This document shows positions 1-9,834 of a stretch of 64,000 nucleotides of DNA, piece by piece. Under the pieces are notes generated by a model that was not told the origin of the DNA, searched no databases, and saw only the letters and a list, made by a program, of their open reading frames with translations. A program made the position numbers and the translations under genes. The first letter of the stretch is position 1; the number at the start of each line of letters is the position of its first letter. Source of the DNA: Halarcobacter sp. (GTDB lineage: Bacteria; Campylobacterota; Campylobacteria; Campylobacterales; Arcobacteraceae); contig CP182352.1 of the NCBI GenBank assembly GCA_048571215.1, positions 3,008,001 through 3,072,000 on the forward strand, read 5' to 3'.

Positions 1-66
1 TCAAATGATACTAAAGCTATTAAAGAAACCTCAAAAGAGGATAATCAACAATGGGAAGACTTTTGA
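1..66 (+). CDS. 3' end of a probable methyl-accepting chemotaxis protein (partial)
   Basis: Frame 1 reads SNDTKAIKETSKEDNQQWEDF*; ends in a NWETF-like CheR/CheB-tether pentapeptide. Confidence 0.65.
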   Translation, partial: SNDTKAIKETSKEDNQQWEDF

Positions 67-85
67 TTTTCCCAAAGGATTTTAA

Positions 86-1075
86 ATGAAAATAGATGAA
101 AATAGATTATTATTTCTTATCAAATATGCACCAGCAGTTGTAACTTTAATTTTTTATATATTAATTTTAATTTTTTTATATTTTAATTATATAGTTTTTT
201 ATAATAAGTACTCATTTAATTTATCTATAATAGCAATAGGCATAACATTAATCTCACTACTTATCTCTTTTTCAATTACAAAATATTTAGAAAATGCATA
301 TTTTTCCTATAAAAAAGATTTATACAATGAGATTGAGATAAATAAGAAAAAAGATTTAATTTTATTTCAACAATCAAAACTAGCAACAATTGGAGAACTT
401 TTAGGAAATATTGCACACCAATGGAGACAACCTTTAAGTGTAATAACTACAGCAGCAACAGCTATAATGATTCAAAGGGATTTAGGGCAAGAAGACAAAG
501 CAGAAGAGAAAAAATACTTAGAAGGTATTATTACTAGTGCAAATTATTTGTCACAAACCATAGATGATTTTAGAAATTTTTATAATCCAAATGTACCAAA
601 TAAAGATTTTTATATAAGTAATACAATAGATAGCTCATTGAGAATTGTTAACTCTCAATTAAAAAATAAAGGTATTATAATAGATAAAGTGATAACAAAT
701 TTTTCAATAAATGGCGTGGAAAATGAGCTTATGCAAGTGATTATAAACATTATAAATAATGCAAGAGACCAATTAGAAAAATCAATTCATAAAATAAAGA
801 TAATAAAAATAAAAACAATAATAGAAGAAAACTACTATCTTTTACATATAATTGACAATGCAGGAGGTATCTTGCCAGAACATATCAAAAAAGTATTTGA
901 ACCATATTTTACTACCAAAGAACACATTAAAGGGACAGGAATAGGTCTTTTTATGGCATCTGAAATCATAACAAAACATTTTAATGGTGAGATATTTGTA
1001 AAAAATATTAACTATATTCACAATGATATAGAATATAATGGAGCAAAATTCACAATAAAATTTCCTATTTGTTAA
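86..1075 (+). CDS. Membrane sensor histidine kinase
   Basis: Two N-terminal TM segments, H-box NIAHQWRQPL, N box NIINNARD, DNAGG, FEPYFTTK, GTGIGL. Confidence 0.9.
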   Translation: MKIDENRLLFLIKYAPAVVTLIFYILILIFLYFNYIVFYNKYSFNLSIIAIGITLISLLISFSITKYLENAYFSYKKDLYNEIEINKKKDLILFQQSKLATIGELLGNIAHQWRQPLSVITTAATAIMIQRDLGQEDKAEEKKYLEGIITSANYLSQTIDDFRNFYNPNVPNKDFYISNTIDSSLRIVNSQLKNKGIIIDKVITNFSINGVENELMQVIINIINNARDQLEKSIHKIKIIKIKTIIEENYYLLHIIDNAGGILPEHIKKVFEPYFTTKEHIKGTGIGLFMASEIITKHFNGEIFVKNINYIHNDIEYNGAKFTIKFPIC

Positions 1076-1098
1076 TAGTTTTTTTATTAAATTTCTAA

Positions 1099-1114
1099 AG
1101 GAACATATTTTGCA
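1099..1114 (+). promoter_or_regulatory. sigma54 (-24/-12) promoter of nifE
   Basis: AGGAACATATTTTGCA, GG-N10-GC, 34 nt before the ATG. Confidence 0.85.
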
Positions 1115-1147
1115 TTATCATTAAAATAATTAGAAAAAGGCTCTAAA

Positions 1148-2494
1148 ATGGTAAATAAAAAATTAATTAGAGATTTATTAAATGAAAGTGCATGTTCTCA
1201 CAACAAGGTAAAAAAAGCTTCATGTGATAAACCAAAACCAGGAGCTACATCTGGAGGATGTGCCTTTGAGGGATCTCAAATTGCTCTATTTCCTTATGCA
1301 GATGCTGTTCACCTAGTACACTCGCCTGCAACTTGTATAGGGGCTTCTTGGGAAACAAGAGCAACTTTAACTTCACATGAGGGACAAGATAATACTATGA
1401 CTGGATATACAACAGATGTTAATACAAATGATGTAATATTTGGTGGAGATAAAAAATTAGAAGAATCTATTGATTATATAGTTGAACATAAAAACCCAAA
1501 AGCTATTTTTGTATATGAAACTTGTGTTACTGCCATGATTGGTGATGATATGGATAATACCTGTGGAAGAATGGAAAAAAAACATAGAATTCCGATTGTG
1601 GTAGTTCATTCTCCAGGATTTGTAGGTGGTAAAAACTTAGGATCAAGACTTGGCGCAGAATCTGTACTTCATCAACTAATAGGTACAAGAGAGCCAAAAG
1701 AGATTCACCCATATGGAATAAACTTAATTGGGGAATACAATGTTACCGGTGATATGTGGCAATATACTCCAATATTAGAGAAAATTGGTATAAAAGTTGT
1801 CTCAACATTAGCAGGTGATGGAAGAATTGAAAATATTCAAACTGCACACAGAGCAAAACTAAATGTAATAGTTTGTGCAAAATCGCTTATTACACTATGT
1901 AGAAAAATGCAAGAGCAATATCAAATCCCTTATATCTCAATCTCATTTTACGGGAAAAGAGATACCTCAAATGCAATTAGAAGTATAGTAAATGCCTTTG
2001 GAGACGAAGAGTTAAAAGCAAGAGCTGAAATAATTATTGCCCAAGAAGAAGCGAAACTTGAAGAGGCTTTAATCCCTTATAAAAAGATTTTAGAGGGTAA
2101 AAAAGCTATTTTGAATACAGGTGGTAACAAATCTTGGTCAATTGCAAGTGCTTTACAAGATATAGGGATAGAAGTGGTTGCAACCTCTGTTAGAAAAGCA
2201 ACTTTAGAGGATAAAGAGATAGCTGCTCAATATGTTGATATACTTATGACAGATCCAGGAAGTGAACAAGCAAAACTAATAGATGAACATAATGTGGATA
2301 TTTTACTAGCAGGGGGAAGAAGTTTATATACGGCAATTAAGAAAAAAGTAGCCTTTGTGGATGTAAACCAAGAGAAAAAAGTAAGTTATGGGGCATATGG
2401 TGGTCTTGTAAACTTAGCAAAAGATGTATGTGATGCAGTAAATAATAGAGTATTTAAAGTTGTTGGAACTCCAGAACCTTGGGCTATGGACTAA
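1148..2494 (+). CDS. nifE: FeMo-cofactor scaffold NifE
   Basis: GGCAFEG, HSPATC, ETCVTAMIGDD, GFVGGKNLG, IGEYNVTGD, VCAKS motifs. Confidence 0.93.
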   Translation: MVNKKLIRDLLNESACSHNKVKKASCDKPKPGATSGGCAFEGSQIALFPYADAVHLVHSPATCIGASWETRATLTSHEGQDNTMTGYTTDVNTNDVIFGGDKKLEESIDYIVEHKNPKAIFVYETCVTAMIGDDMDNTCGRMEKKHRIPIVVVHSPGFVGGKNLGSRLGAESVLHQLIGTREPKEIHPYGINLIGEYNVTGDMWQYTPILEKIGIKVVSTLAGDGRIENIQTAHRAKLNVIVCAKSLITLCRKMQEQYQIPYISISFYGKRDTSNAIRSIVNAFGDEELKARAEIIIAQEEAKLEEALIPYKKILEGKKAILNTGGNKSWSIASALQDIGIEVVATSVRKATLEDKEIAAQYVDILMTDPGSEQAKLIDEHNVDILLAGGRSLYTAIKKKVAFVDVNQEKKVSYGAYGGLVNLAKDVCDAVNNRVFKVVGTPEPWAMD

Positions 2495-2579
2495 AATATT
2501 TATTGAAGATAGATTATATTAGTATAATCTAATATTAAGAGTTGGTTTGTTATGATTAAGTAATCTTTTGGAGTTTAAT

Positions 2580-3488
2580 ATGAACATTAATTCAAACCAA
2601 AACTTACTATTTTCTTCAATTAATACATATTTTAAAGATAAAGAACCAAAAAGCACACTTAACATTAAATCTGAAGAAGTAGAAACTTCTACAAATAAAT
2701 TTACAGTAAAAAAACAAGGAGATTATAGTACTTATAGTGCTACTGATTTACGAAACCTCTCCTATGAAGAGGTAAAAGAAAACTATGATGAACTAAAAGA
2801 AATCATTGAGAATAGACTAAAAAATAGTCCTTCTAGTGATGAAGAGATGAAAAAATTTCAAGAAGAGAAAAGTAAAGAAGCATTAAAAGATGTTTCACCT
2901 TTTGATATTGATAAACGTTCAGAGATACTAATAAACTTGGGAAAAGAGTATTTAAACAAAAATAAAAATTTAGATAATGAAAATCTTAATTTAATGGCAT
3001 TCAAAAAACAACTAGAAAAAATAGATTATTTAGATAACGAAAGCTATAATAAAACACTCTATGATGAAATTAAACAAATAACAAATCCCTTTTTAGCGAT
3101 ACTACATAGTGATATAACAAAAAATAATATCGAAGCTGTTTATAATGATAAAAATAAAGATTCAAAAGCAGCTGATTCTTTAGCTTTTGGAATATATATA
3201 GGTAGTACTTATGTAAAAGCATCTGATATAAATTTTATGGACACTACTAAAGAAAAGAAAGAAGAAACACTCAACAAAGATTACTCTACTAACTCAATTA
3301 AAGAGTTAAAACTACTTTCAAATGAAGAACTAAAACAAAACTATGATGAATTAAAAGAAATAGTAAAAGAATCTTTAAAAAATAAAGAAAAATTAAGCCA
3401 AAAAGATAAAGAAGAGTTACTTGATTTTAATACTCTACTTGAAAAGGTCAATATTTCATCTAATAAAAACTTTTCTATATATATTTAA
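2580..3488 (+). CDS. Hypothetical acidic/Lys-rich protein with an internal duplication
   Basis: ORF; ATG 2580 follows GGAG; two copies of a DYST..LS.EE.K.NYDELKEI...LKN unit. Confidence 0.7.
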   Translation: MNINSNQNLLFSSINTYFKDKEPKSTLNIKSEEVETSTNKFTVKKQGDYSTYSATDLRNLSYEEVKENYDELKEIIENRLKNSPSSDEEMKKFQEEKSKEALKDVSPFDIDKRSEILINLGKEYLNKNKNLDNENLNLMAFKKQLEKIDYLDNESYNKTLYDEIKQITNPFLAILHSDITKNNIEAVYNDKNKDSKAADSLAFGIYIGSTYVKASDINFMDTTKEKKEETLNKDYSTNSIKELKLLSNEELKQNYDELKEIVKESLKNKEKLSQKDKEELLDFNTLLEKVNISSNKNFSIYI

Positions 3489-3559
3489 AAAATTATAATA
3501 TTAGTATTAAAATTTTATAAAAAACCGTTATAATTACTTTTTTATATTAAAGGAAAAAT

Positions 3560-4591
3560 ATGGATGAAGAGAAGATAAGAAACTATTTTTTTTATTTTGC
3601 TAGTTTTATAATTATTATTGCGGGAGTAAAGGCTTCAAGTGAGATAGTAATTATACTTTTTTTAGCTATTTTCATATCTTCAATTTTCTCAACTCTAATA
3701 AATATATTACAAGATAAACATATACCTAAGGTGATATCTTACCTAATAGTTCTTGGTATTTTTGTTTTAATTTCGCTACTTCTATCATATATTGTAAATA
3801 TCTCCCTAAAAGATTTTTTATCAAATCTTCCCCAATATGAAAAACAATTACAAAAACTTGTTGTAGATACCATTGCACTTGGGGAACATTATGGCTATAA
3901 AATAGATAAACAAACTATTTTAGACCTTTTAAATTTTAGTTCTTTTTTTGGAATAACTACAAATCTAATAGGAAGTATAGGTACATTTTTATCTAAATTC
4001 TTGCTTGTTATTATAGGTGTTGGTTTTATCTTAGCAGAATCAAAATCTTTTGAAAAAAAACTCAAAATCATTTTTCAAAAAAATTCAAAAAAAATTGAAC
4101 ACTTCAATCTTTTCACAAGCAATATTCAAAAATATTTTTTAGTAAAAACAACAACAAGTTTTTTAACAGGTATGCTAATAGCTATTGCTTTATTGATTCT
4201 TAATATAGATTATCCCATTCTTTGGGGTGTAATCGCAATGCTTTTTAATTTTATACCTGTTGTTGGATCAATTATTGCGGCAATTCCCGCTATTTTGCTC
4301 TCACTTGTAAGTGCAGATTTAAATATAACTATCATTTTGATGATTGTTTATGTAGTAATAAACATAAGTATAAGCAATATAATAGAACCTAAATTTATGG
4401 GAAAAGAGCTTGGATTATCTCCATTAGTTATTTTCTTCTCATTGATTTTATGGGGCTGGGTTTTGGGAATTGTAGGGATGTTTTTAGCAGTACCAATCAC
4501 AATGACTTTAAAAATTGCTTTCGAATCAAATGATACTACAAAATGGATATCTTTACTTATGTCAAATGTAGGGGATAAAAAAGTCAAATAG
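3560..4591 (+). CDS. AI-2E family transporter
   Basis: Polytopic; FNFIPVVGS, NIIEPKFMGKELGLSP, LWGWVLGIVGMFLAVP. Confidence 0.9.
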   Translation: MDEEKIRNYFFYFASFIIIIAGVKASSEIVIILFLAIFISSIFSTLINILQDKHIPKVISYLIVLGIFVLISLLLSYIVNISLKDFLSNLPQYEKQLQKLVVDTIALGEHYGYKIDKQTILDLLNFSSFFGITTNLIGSIGTFLSKFLLVIIGVGFILAESKSFEKKLKIIFQKNSKKIEHFNLFTSNIQKYFLVKTTTSFLTGMLIAIALLILNIDYPILWGVIAMLFNFIPVVGSIIAAIPAILLSLVSADLNITIILMIVYVVINISISNIIEPKFMGKELGLSPLVIFFSLILWGWVLGIVGMFLAVPITMTLKIAFESNDTTKWISLLMSNVGDKKVK

Positions 4592-4603
4592 AATAAACAG
4601 GAA

Positions 4604-5029
4604 TTATCCTACTTTTTCCAATAAAGCTTTCATTAGTATAGCCTTATTTTCTAAATCATAACCCATCTCTTTAATCCAATCTGATATCACTTCTTCTTTA
4701 TAAGCATCTTCCTTTTCTTTATAATACAAAGATTCTGCTTCTTGATCCCAATTTCCATTCTCATCTAAAAATTGCTTTTGAAAATGACCAGTAATTGGAA
4801 TTTGATAAGGTACAGCATGTTTGGAATCTACTTGATAAAACCCATCAAGATACTTAGTTTCAAGAGGTGGTTCAGGAAGAGCAGTAGTTTTTACCACGTT
4901 AAGTCTTTTTTCAAAATCACTAGGTTCTGTTAAATCTTCATTATTAAAATTCATATGATTTTGAGCATTAAGAGTTGTAGAGAAGAAACCAATATTAAAA
5001 CTATTAACAGCATCATCAATTATAGACAT
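4604..5029 (-). CDS. Hypothetical protein
   Basis: 141-aa ORF with AGGAG RBS on the minus strand. Confidence 0.7.
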   Translation of the reverse strand: MSIIDDAVNSFNIGFFSTTLNAQNHMNFNNEDLTEPSDFEKRLNVVKTTALPEPPLETKYLDGFYQVDSKHAVPYQIPITGHFQKQFLDENGNWDQEAESLYYKEKEDAYKEEVISDWIKEMGYDLENKAILMKALLEKVG

Positions 5030-5105
5030 TATAAACTCCTTCTTACATTATAACTTAATACATACATAAATTATAAAAATATTTATCTAAAAGTTTTATT
5101 AATTA

Positions 5106-5819
5106 TTATAATTTTGTATTTACCATAGCTTTTGATAAAAAAGCTGAGCTATCCACATCTGAATTTATTTTTTCTTTTTGATATAATACTTCATCATAAT
5201 TTTTATCAAACTGATCTTTAAAAGTTCTAAAAAGATTCAATAACTCTTCACTTCGATATTCCCCTGGTAAGGGGTTTAATATCCTATCAAACCTAGCCAT
5301 AATAGATTCATAATTATACACTTCTTCATTGTTAGATTTTGTAGTAATTCCTTCTATATTTATCTTAAGGGAAAAACTCATAGCCATAGCCATAAATCTA
5401 CTTTTTTCATCCATTTGATTTAAAGTATTTATAAAAGCTTTTTTCTCTTCATATGGTATATTTTTAGGGATTAATTCGCCCATTTTTCCTTCACCATTTT
5501 GAACAAAACCATCATTATCAAAATCGTATTTTTCATAATGGTGCAATAAAAGATTATAAGCCCCTTCATCACTTAAAGAGTTTACATCTATATCATTTAC
5601 TAATAAGGTGTAATGTTGAAGTGTTGATAATTCATCTTTTGATAAAGAGTTTAAAAAATCTTTTGCTGTAGACATAGAGACTTTTTCATCTTTTGCTTTT
5701 GTATAAATCTCTTCAAAAGCATCTTTATATGGTTCTCTTGCCTCATAAAAACTATCTGACATTTTTAAATTTTTTACAAGCTTGACGTGCTCCGAGTAGT
5801 TTGTTGATATTGGATTCAT
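5106..5819 (-). CDS. Hypothetical protein with an EF-hand-like loop
   Basis: 237-aa ORF, GGAGG RBS, DFDNDGFVQNGE motif. Confidence 0.7.
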   Translation of the reverse strand: MNPISTNYSEHVKLVKNLKMSDSFYEAREPYKDAFEEIYTKAKDEKVSMSTAKDFLNSLSKDELSTLQHYTLLVNDIDVNSLSDEGAYNLLLHHYEKYDFDNDGFVQNGEGKMGELIPKNIPYEEKKAFINTLNQMDEKSRFMAMAMSFSLKINIEGITTKSNNEEVYNYESIMARFDRILNPLPGEYRSEELLNLFRTFKDQFDKNYDEVLYQKEKINSDVDSSAFLSKAMVNTKL

Positions 5820-5915
5820 AAGCTAAGCCTCCAATTTATATTGATTCCTAATATACTACAAAATTATTTATAAAACCATTATTTAAAAAAAATATTAAAC
5901 CTTTGAAAAATATTT

Positions 5916-5931
5916 AGGAACAGTTTTTGCA
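5916..5931 (+). promoter_or_regulatory. sigma54 promoter of the nifN operon
   Basis: AGGAACAGTTTTTGCA, GG-N10-GC. Confidence 0.88.
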
Positions 5932-5961
5932 TGCCTTTAAAAAAACTATCTAGGAAAAACT

Positions 5962-7257
5962 ATGGAAGCACTTAGTCCCAAACCATTACAAATGAATCCT
6001 ATTAAACTTTCTCAACCAATGGGAGCTATGTTATGCTTTTTAGGTATAAAAAATTGTATGCCACTTATGCATGGTGCCCAAGGGTGTGCCTCATTTTCAA
6101 AAGTATTTTTCACAAGACATTTTAATGATCCCATTGCAGTACAAACAACAGCTGTAAATGATATAACAGCAGTTATTGATGGGGGAGATTATGCTATTAG
6201 TGAGAGTATTAAAAATATTACTAAAAAAGTTAAACCAGATTTAGTAGGACTTTTTACTACAGGTCTTACTGAAACAAAGGGTGATGATATTAGAGGTGCA
6301 TGTTTGCTTATGAAAGATATTCAAGAGATGGCATATGTAAACACTCCAGATTTTGAAGGCTCTATTGAGAGTGGATTTGCCCTTTCAATTGAAGCTGTTA
6401 TTAGTCAAATAGTTGAAAGTTCTACTGAAACTGATTCAAATAAGGCAGTAATAATCCCAAATGTTAACCTAAAACCAATAGAGGTTGAAAAGCTAAAAGA
6501 TACGGTTTCACTCTTTGGATATGAGGTTCATGCTTTACCTGATTTGAGTGACTCACTAGATGGACATCTTGGTTTAAAACAAGGAGCATTAAGTGCAGGT
6601 GGTATAACAGTTGAAGAGATTAAAAAACTTTCAACAGCTTCACTTGTTATCTCGGTTGGTTCAAGTGTAAAAAAAGCTGGGGAAAAACTTAAAGAGAAAA
6701 ATCCAAATATAAACCTTCTTCACTTTAATTCCTTAGGTGGTTTAGAAAATTGTGATGAATTTTTTAAACAATTATGCAAAATCAAAAATATTTCTAAACC
6801 CCATCCAAGCATTGTTAGATGGAGAAAAAGACTTCAAGATGCTCTACTTGATACCCATTTTGCTATTGGGAGTGCTTCTGTTATTATAGCCTTAGAGCCA
6901 GATCAAGCTTTAAGTGTAGCAAATACTATTTATGAAGCAGGGGCTAATATAAAAGCCATAATAACAACCCACAAAAACGATTTACTTGATGAGATTGATT
7001 GTGAACATCTCCAGATTGGTGACTTTGAAGATGTGGAAAAATTTATGGATAAGAGTGATGTATTAATCACAAATTTTCATGGGGAAAGATATACAAAAAA
7101 ATACAAAAAAGCGTTAATGTTAAGGGGCTTTCCTGATTATGAAGGAGTTGGTAATCAACTTAAAAATGATGTGCTTTATGAAGGAAGTGCATACATGTTG
7201 TTTGAACTTGCAAACTTAGTCAATCACCATAGATTTGGAGGTCATGATGAGCATTAA
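5962..7257 (+). CDS. nifN: FeMo-cofactor scaffold NifN
   Basis: NPIKLSQPMGA, HGAQGCASF, RHFNDPIAVQTTA, TTGLTETKGDD, LQDALLDTHF. Confidence 0.93.
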   Translation: MEALSPKPLQMNPIKLSQPMGAMLCFLGIKNCMPLMHGAQGCASFSKVFFTRHFNDPIAVQTTAVNDITAVIDGGDYAISESIKNITKKVKPDLVGLFTTGLTETKGDDIRGACLLMKDIQEMAYVNTPDFEGSIESGFALSIEAVISQIVESSTETDSNKAVIIPNVNLKPIEVEKLKDTVSLFGYEVHALPDLSDSLDGHLGLKQGALSAGGITVEEIKKLSTASLVISVGSSVKKAGEKLKEKNPNINLLHFNSLGGLENCDEFFKQLCKIKNISKPHPSIVRWRKRLQDALLDTHFAIGSASVIIALEPDQALSVANTIYEAGANIKAIITTHKNDLLDEIDCEHLQIGDFEDVEKFMDKSDVLITNFHGERYTKKYKKALMLRGFPDYEGVGNQLKNDVLYEGSAYMLFELANLVNHHRFGGHDEH

Positions 7258-7624
7258 ATTTGAAAGACCAATAGTACCAGCTATTGGACTTGGGATGTTA
7301 AATGGTAGAACAAGATTAATAGGAATTCCAAAAGATAAGGTTCAAGTTGTAATCACTCTACCTAATATTAGGGAATTTAATGAAGATTTAAAAGATGCAA
7401 TTGATTTTTTTGAAGATAGAGCAGATGCTTTTATAATCACCTCAAGTACCCAAGAGGAGTGTGAAGCTATCTTAAAAGAGTTTAATTTAAGTGATAATCT
7501 TATCTCAAGAGAATACAAAGATTTTGGAAAAACCTTCTTAATGCTTGATGAAAATAGAGCTTTAAAAAAGTCACTAATGATAATAGATACAAATTGTCAA
7601 ATTACACATAAGGATATATTATAA
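7247..7624 (+). CDS. Degenerate thiol-peroxidase (Tpx/redoxin)-fold protein lacking the peroxidatic motif
   Basis: Paralogous to the next ORF (MLNG/MLSG, QVVITLP/QVLITFP, KDFG/KDFS, KSLMIID/KSIFVVD); GGAGG RBS before ATG 7247. Confidence 0.6.
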   Translation: MSIKFERPIVPAIGLGMLNGRTRLIGIPKDKVQVVITLPNIREFNEDLKDAIDFFEDRADAFIITSSTQEECEAILKEFNLSDNLISREYKDFGKTFLMLDENRALKKSLMIIDTNCQITHKDIL

Positions 7625-8145
7625 TGGAAGTAACATATAAAAATGAAACATACACATTAGGAAAAAAAGAAAGAAAAATTGAAACTGAAGCACCTGCTGT
7701 TAGAGTAAAAATGCTTAGTGGTGAAACAAAAGTTATTGGTATGATGGCACCTAAAACTCAAGTTTTGATCACATTTCCATGTATCAAAGCTTATAATAAT
7801 GGTTTACATAATATTTTAGAAGAGTATAAATCTAAAATCATCACATATATACTAACAAAAAGCAATGAAGAGAATATAGATAAAGTAAAAGAGGCTTACT
7901 CACTTGATGAAGGATTTATCTCAAATGAATTTAAAGATTTTTCACTTAAATTTGGAGTAAATATAAATGATGAACTTTTAGCAAAATCGATTTTTGTAGT
8001 GGATAAAGAGGGAGTTATTAAATATATTGAAATCCCATCAAATATAGAAACAAGTTTTGATTTAGATAAATTTAAAGAGCAACTTGATGAGGTTGTAAAC
8101 TTTAAACAAAAAGGGCATACTCACGAAAATTGGATGGGTGTATAA
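7624..8145 (+). CDS. Tpx/redoxin-fold protein lacking the PxxxTxxC motif
   Basis: VTYKN..., AP.V, KTQVLITFP, F...FGV.I...LLAKSIFVVDKEG.I.Y.EI resemble Tpx; C-terminal GHTHENW. Confidence 0.75.
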   Translation: MEVTYKNETYTLGKKERKIETEAPAVRVKMLSGETKVIGMMAPKTQVLITFPCIKAYNNGLHNILEEYKSKIITYILTKSNEENIDKVKEAYSLDEGFISNEFKDFSLKFGVNINDELLAKSIFVVDKEGVIKYIEIPSNIETSFDLDKFKEQLDEVVNFKQKGHTHENWMGV

Positions 8146-8594
8146 TGGCTATTTCAGATGAGCTAAGAGAATGGATTGTAGCCAATGATTATGATATTAA
8201 TGATTTAAATGTTCAAGGTAAACATGGCAATTCTGCTGTTATGAAAGCAGCAAGAGAAGGTAATGTAAAACTAGTAAAAGAACTAATTGGCTTAGGAGCA
8301 GATCTTGATTTGAAAAATGTTGATGGAAACTCAGCACTTTGGAATTCATGTTTTGCAAACTCTTATGATTGTTTTCATGCACTTATAGATTCAGGTATAG
8401 ATATTAACTCAGAAAATGTAAATGGAGTAACGGCACTTATGTACTGTGCAAGTGCAGGGAAAGAGGATTTTGTAAAACTACTAATCGATAATAAGGCAAA
8501 AACAGAAGTTGAAAATCTTGATGGATTTAAAGCAATAGATTTAGCAGTAACTCCTAAAATTTTTAAAATGCTAAAGAATGCAAGAGTTTCATAA
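8145..8594 (+). CDS. Ankyrin-repeat protein
   Basis: GNSAVMKAA, DGNSALWNS, NGVTALMYC, DGFKAIDLA repeats; TAATG overlap with the upstream gene. Confidence 0.9.
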   Translation: MAISDELREWIVANDYDINDLNVQGKHGNSAVMKAAREGNVKLVKELIGLGADLDLKNVDGNSALWNSCFANSYDCFHALIDSGIDINSENVNGVTALMYCASAGKEDFVKLLIDNKAKTEVENLDGFKAIDLAVTPKIFKMLKNARVS

Positions 8595-9834
8595 TAAAAC
8601 AAATATAACTTTAAAAAATAGCTTCAGTCAAACTCAATTTATTGATTGGAGAACTCAACCTAAAGCTTATAAAGAATATCCAAAGTTTTTTAGAAGATTT
8701 AACCTTGATGACTATGAAGAGTTAAAATTTATAAAAAACTTTGGGAAAATCACTTTTACTAAAAAATATGCCCAAGAAGAGGTAAACTTAAGAACAAATC
8801 CAAGTGCTGGTGGACTATATCCTTGTGAAGTATATATACAGATTAGGGGAATAAAAGGGGTTTTATCTGGTATTTATCATTATGAACCTCTAACAAATCA
8901 ACTTACTTTGATTCATGAGTTAAGTCTTGATGGACTTGAACCCTATTTTAAAGATTTAAAACAACAAAAATTTATTTTCTTACTTAGTTGTGCTTATTTT
9001 AGAAGCTCTTGGAAATATGAAAAAAGAGCTATAAGATATCTACTTTTAGATACAGGTCATCAAATTGCTTCTATTTATAGTGCCTTAAAACTTGCAAAAA
9101 TAGAAAATACTTTATGTTTTAATTTTGATAAAAAGCTTTTAAACAAGGATTTTGGTTTTGAAGATAGTGAATTCTTTTTATCTTCCCTTCTTAGCAGTTC
9201 ACATAAAGATTATGAATGTAAAAAAAGTTTAAGAGAAAAAATAGTTAGTGTTTCACCTTGCGATTATCAGATAAAAGAGCCTTTTATAGAAGAGTTTTAT
9301 AGAAAATCTTTAGAAAAAAGTGCAGAAAATATAAACTTAGCAAACTTTCTTAATGATTTAGATGAGGATCAACTTCAAAAAGCTATTGACAATAGGCGCT
9401 CAATAAGAGCTTTTAAAAAAGAGTCTATAAAAAAAGAGGAATATGAGTTTATAATAAAAGATATATTCGAATATGCAAAATCTTTTAACATAGAGATATA
9501 TCTAATAAACAACAATATAGAAACTATACAGAAAGGATGTTACAAAAATGTAACATTGCAAGAGAAGGGCGATTTTCAAGAGCTTGCAACAAAACTTGCA
9601 TTTAATCAAAAGCTAGCAGGGAATAGTGCCTTTACCCTAATATATACCTCAAATGAGAAAGAAAACTATATAAGAAATTATATTTTATGTGGTTTTTTAG
9701 CACATATTATTCATCTTAAAGCGACTCATCTAAAGCTTGGGTGTAGTGGCATCGGGGCATATTTTGATGACGAATGTAAAAGATTTTGCAAAACACAGAA
9801 TAATATACTTTACCTACAGGCGGTTGGAAAATGA
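8578..9834 (+). CDS. SagB/ThcOx-type nitroreductase-family flavoprotein (two domains)
   Basis: LRTNPSAGGLYPCEVY, GIYHY, RSSWKY..RA.RY.LLDTGH, RRSIRAF, SGIGAYFDD. Confidence 0.85.
   Translation: MQEFHNKTNITLKNSFSQTQFIDWRTQPKAYKEYPKFFRRFNLDDYEELKFIKNFGKITFTKKYAQEEVNLRTNPSAGGLYPCEVYIQIRGIKGVLSGIYHYEPLTNQLTLIHELSLDGLEPYFKDLKQQKFIFLLSCAYFRSSWKYEKRAIRYLLLDTGHQIASIYSALKLAKIENTLCFNFDKKLLNKDFGFEDSEFFLSSLLSSSHKDYECKKSLREKIVSVSPCDYQIKEPFIEEFYRKSLEKSAENINLANFLNDLDEDQLQKAIDNRRSIRAFKKESIKKEEYEFIIKDIFEYAKSFNIEIYLINNNIETIQKGCYKNVTLQEKGDFQELATKLAFNQKLAGNSAFTLIYTSNEKENYIRNYILCGFLAHIIHLKATHLKLGCSGIGAYFDDECKRFCKTQNNILYLQAVGK

Noticed and set aside
8578..9834. RiPP (azole) biosynthesis cluster
   Set aside because: No YcaO, precursor peptide or exporter nearby
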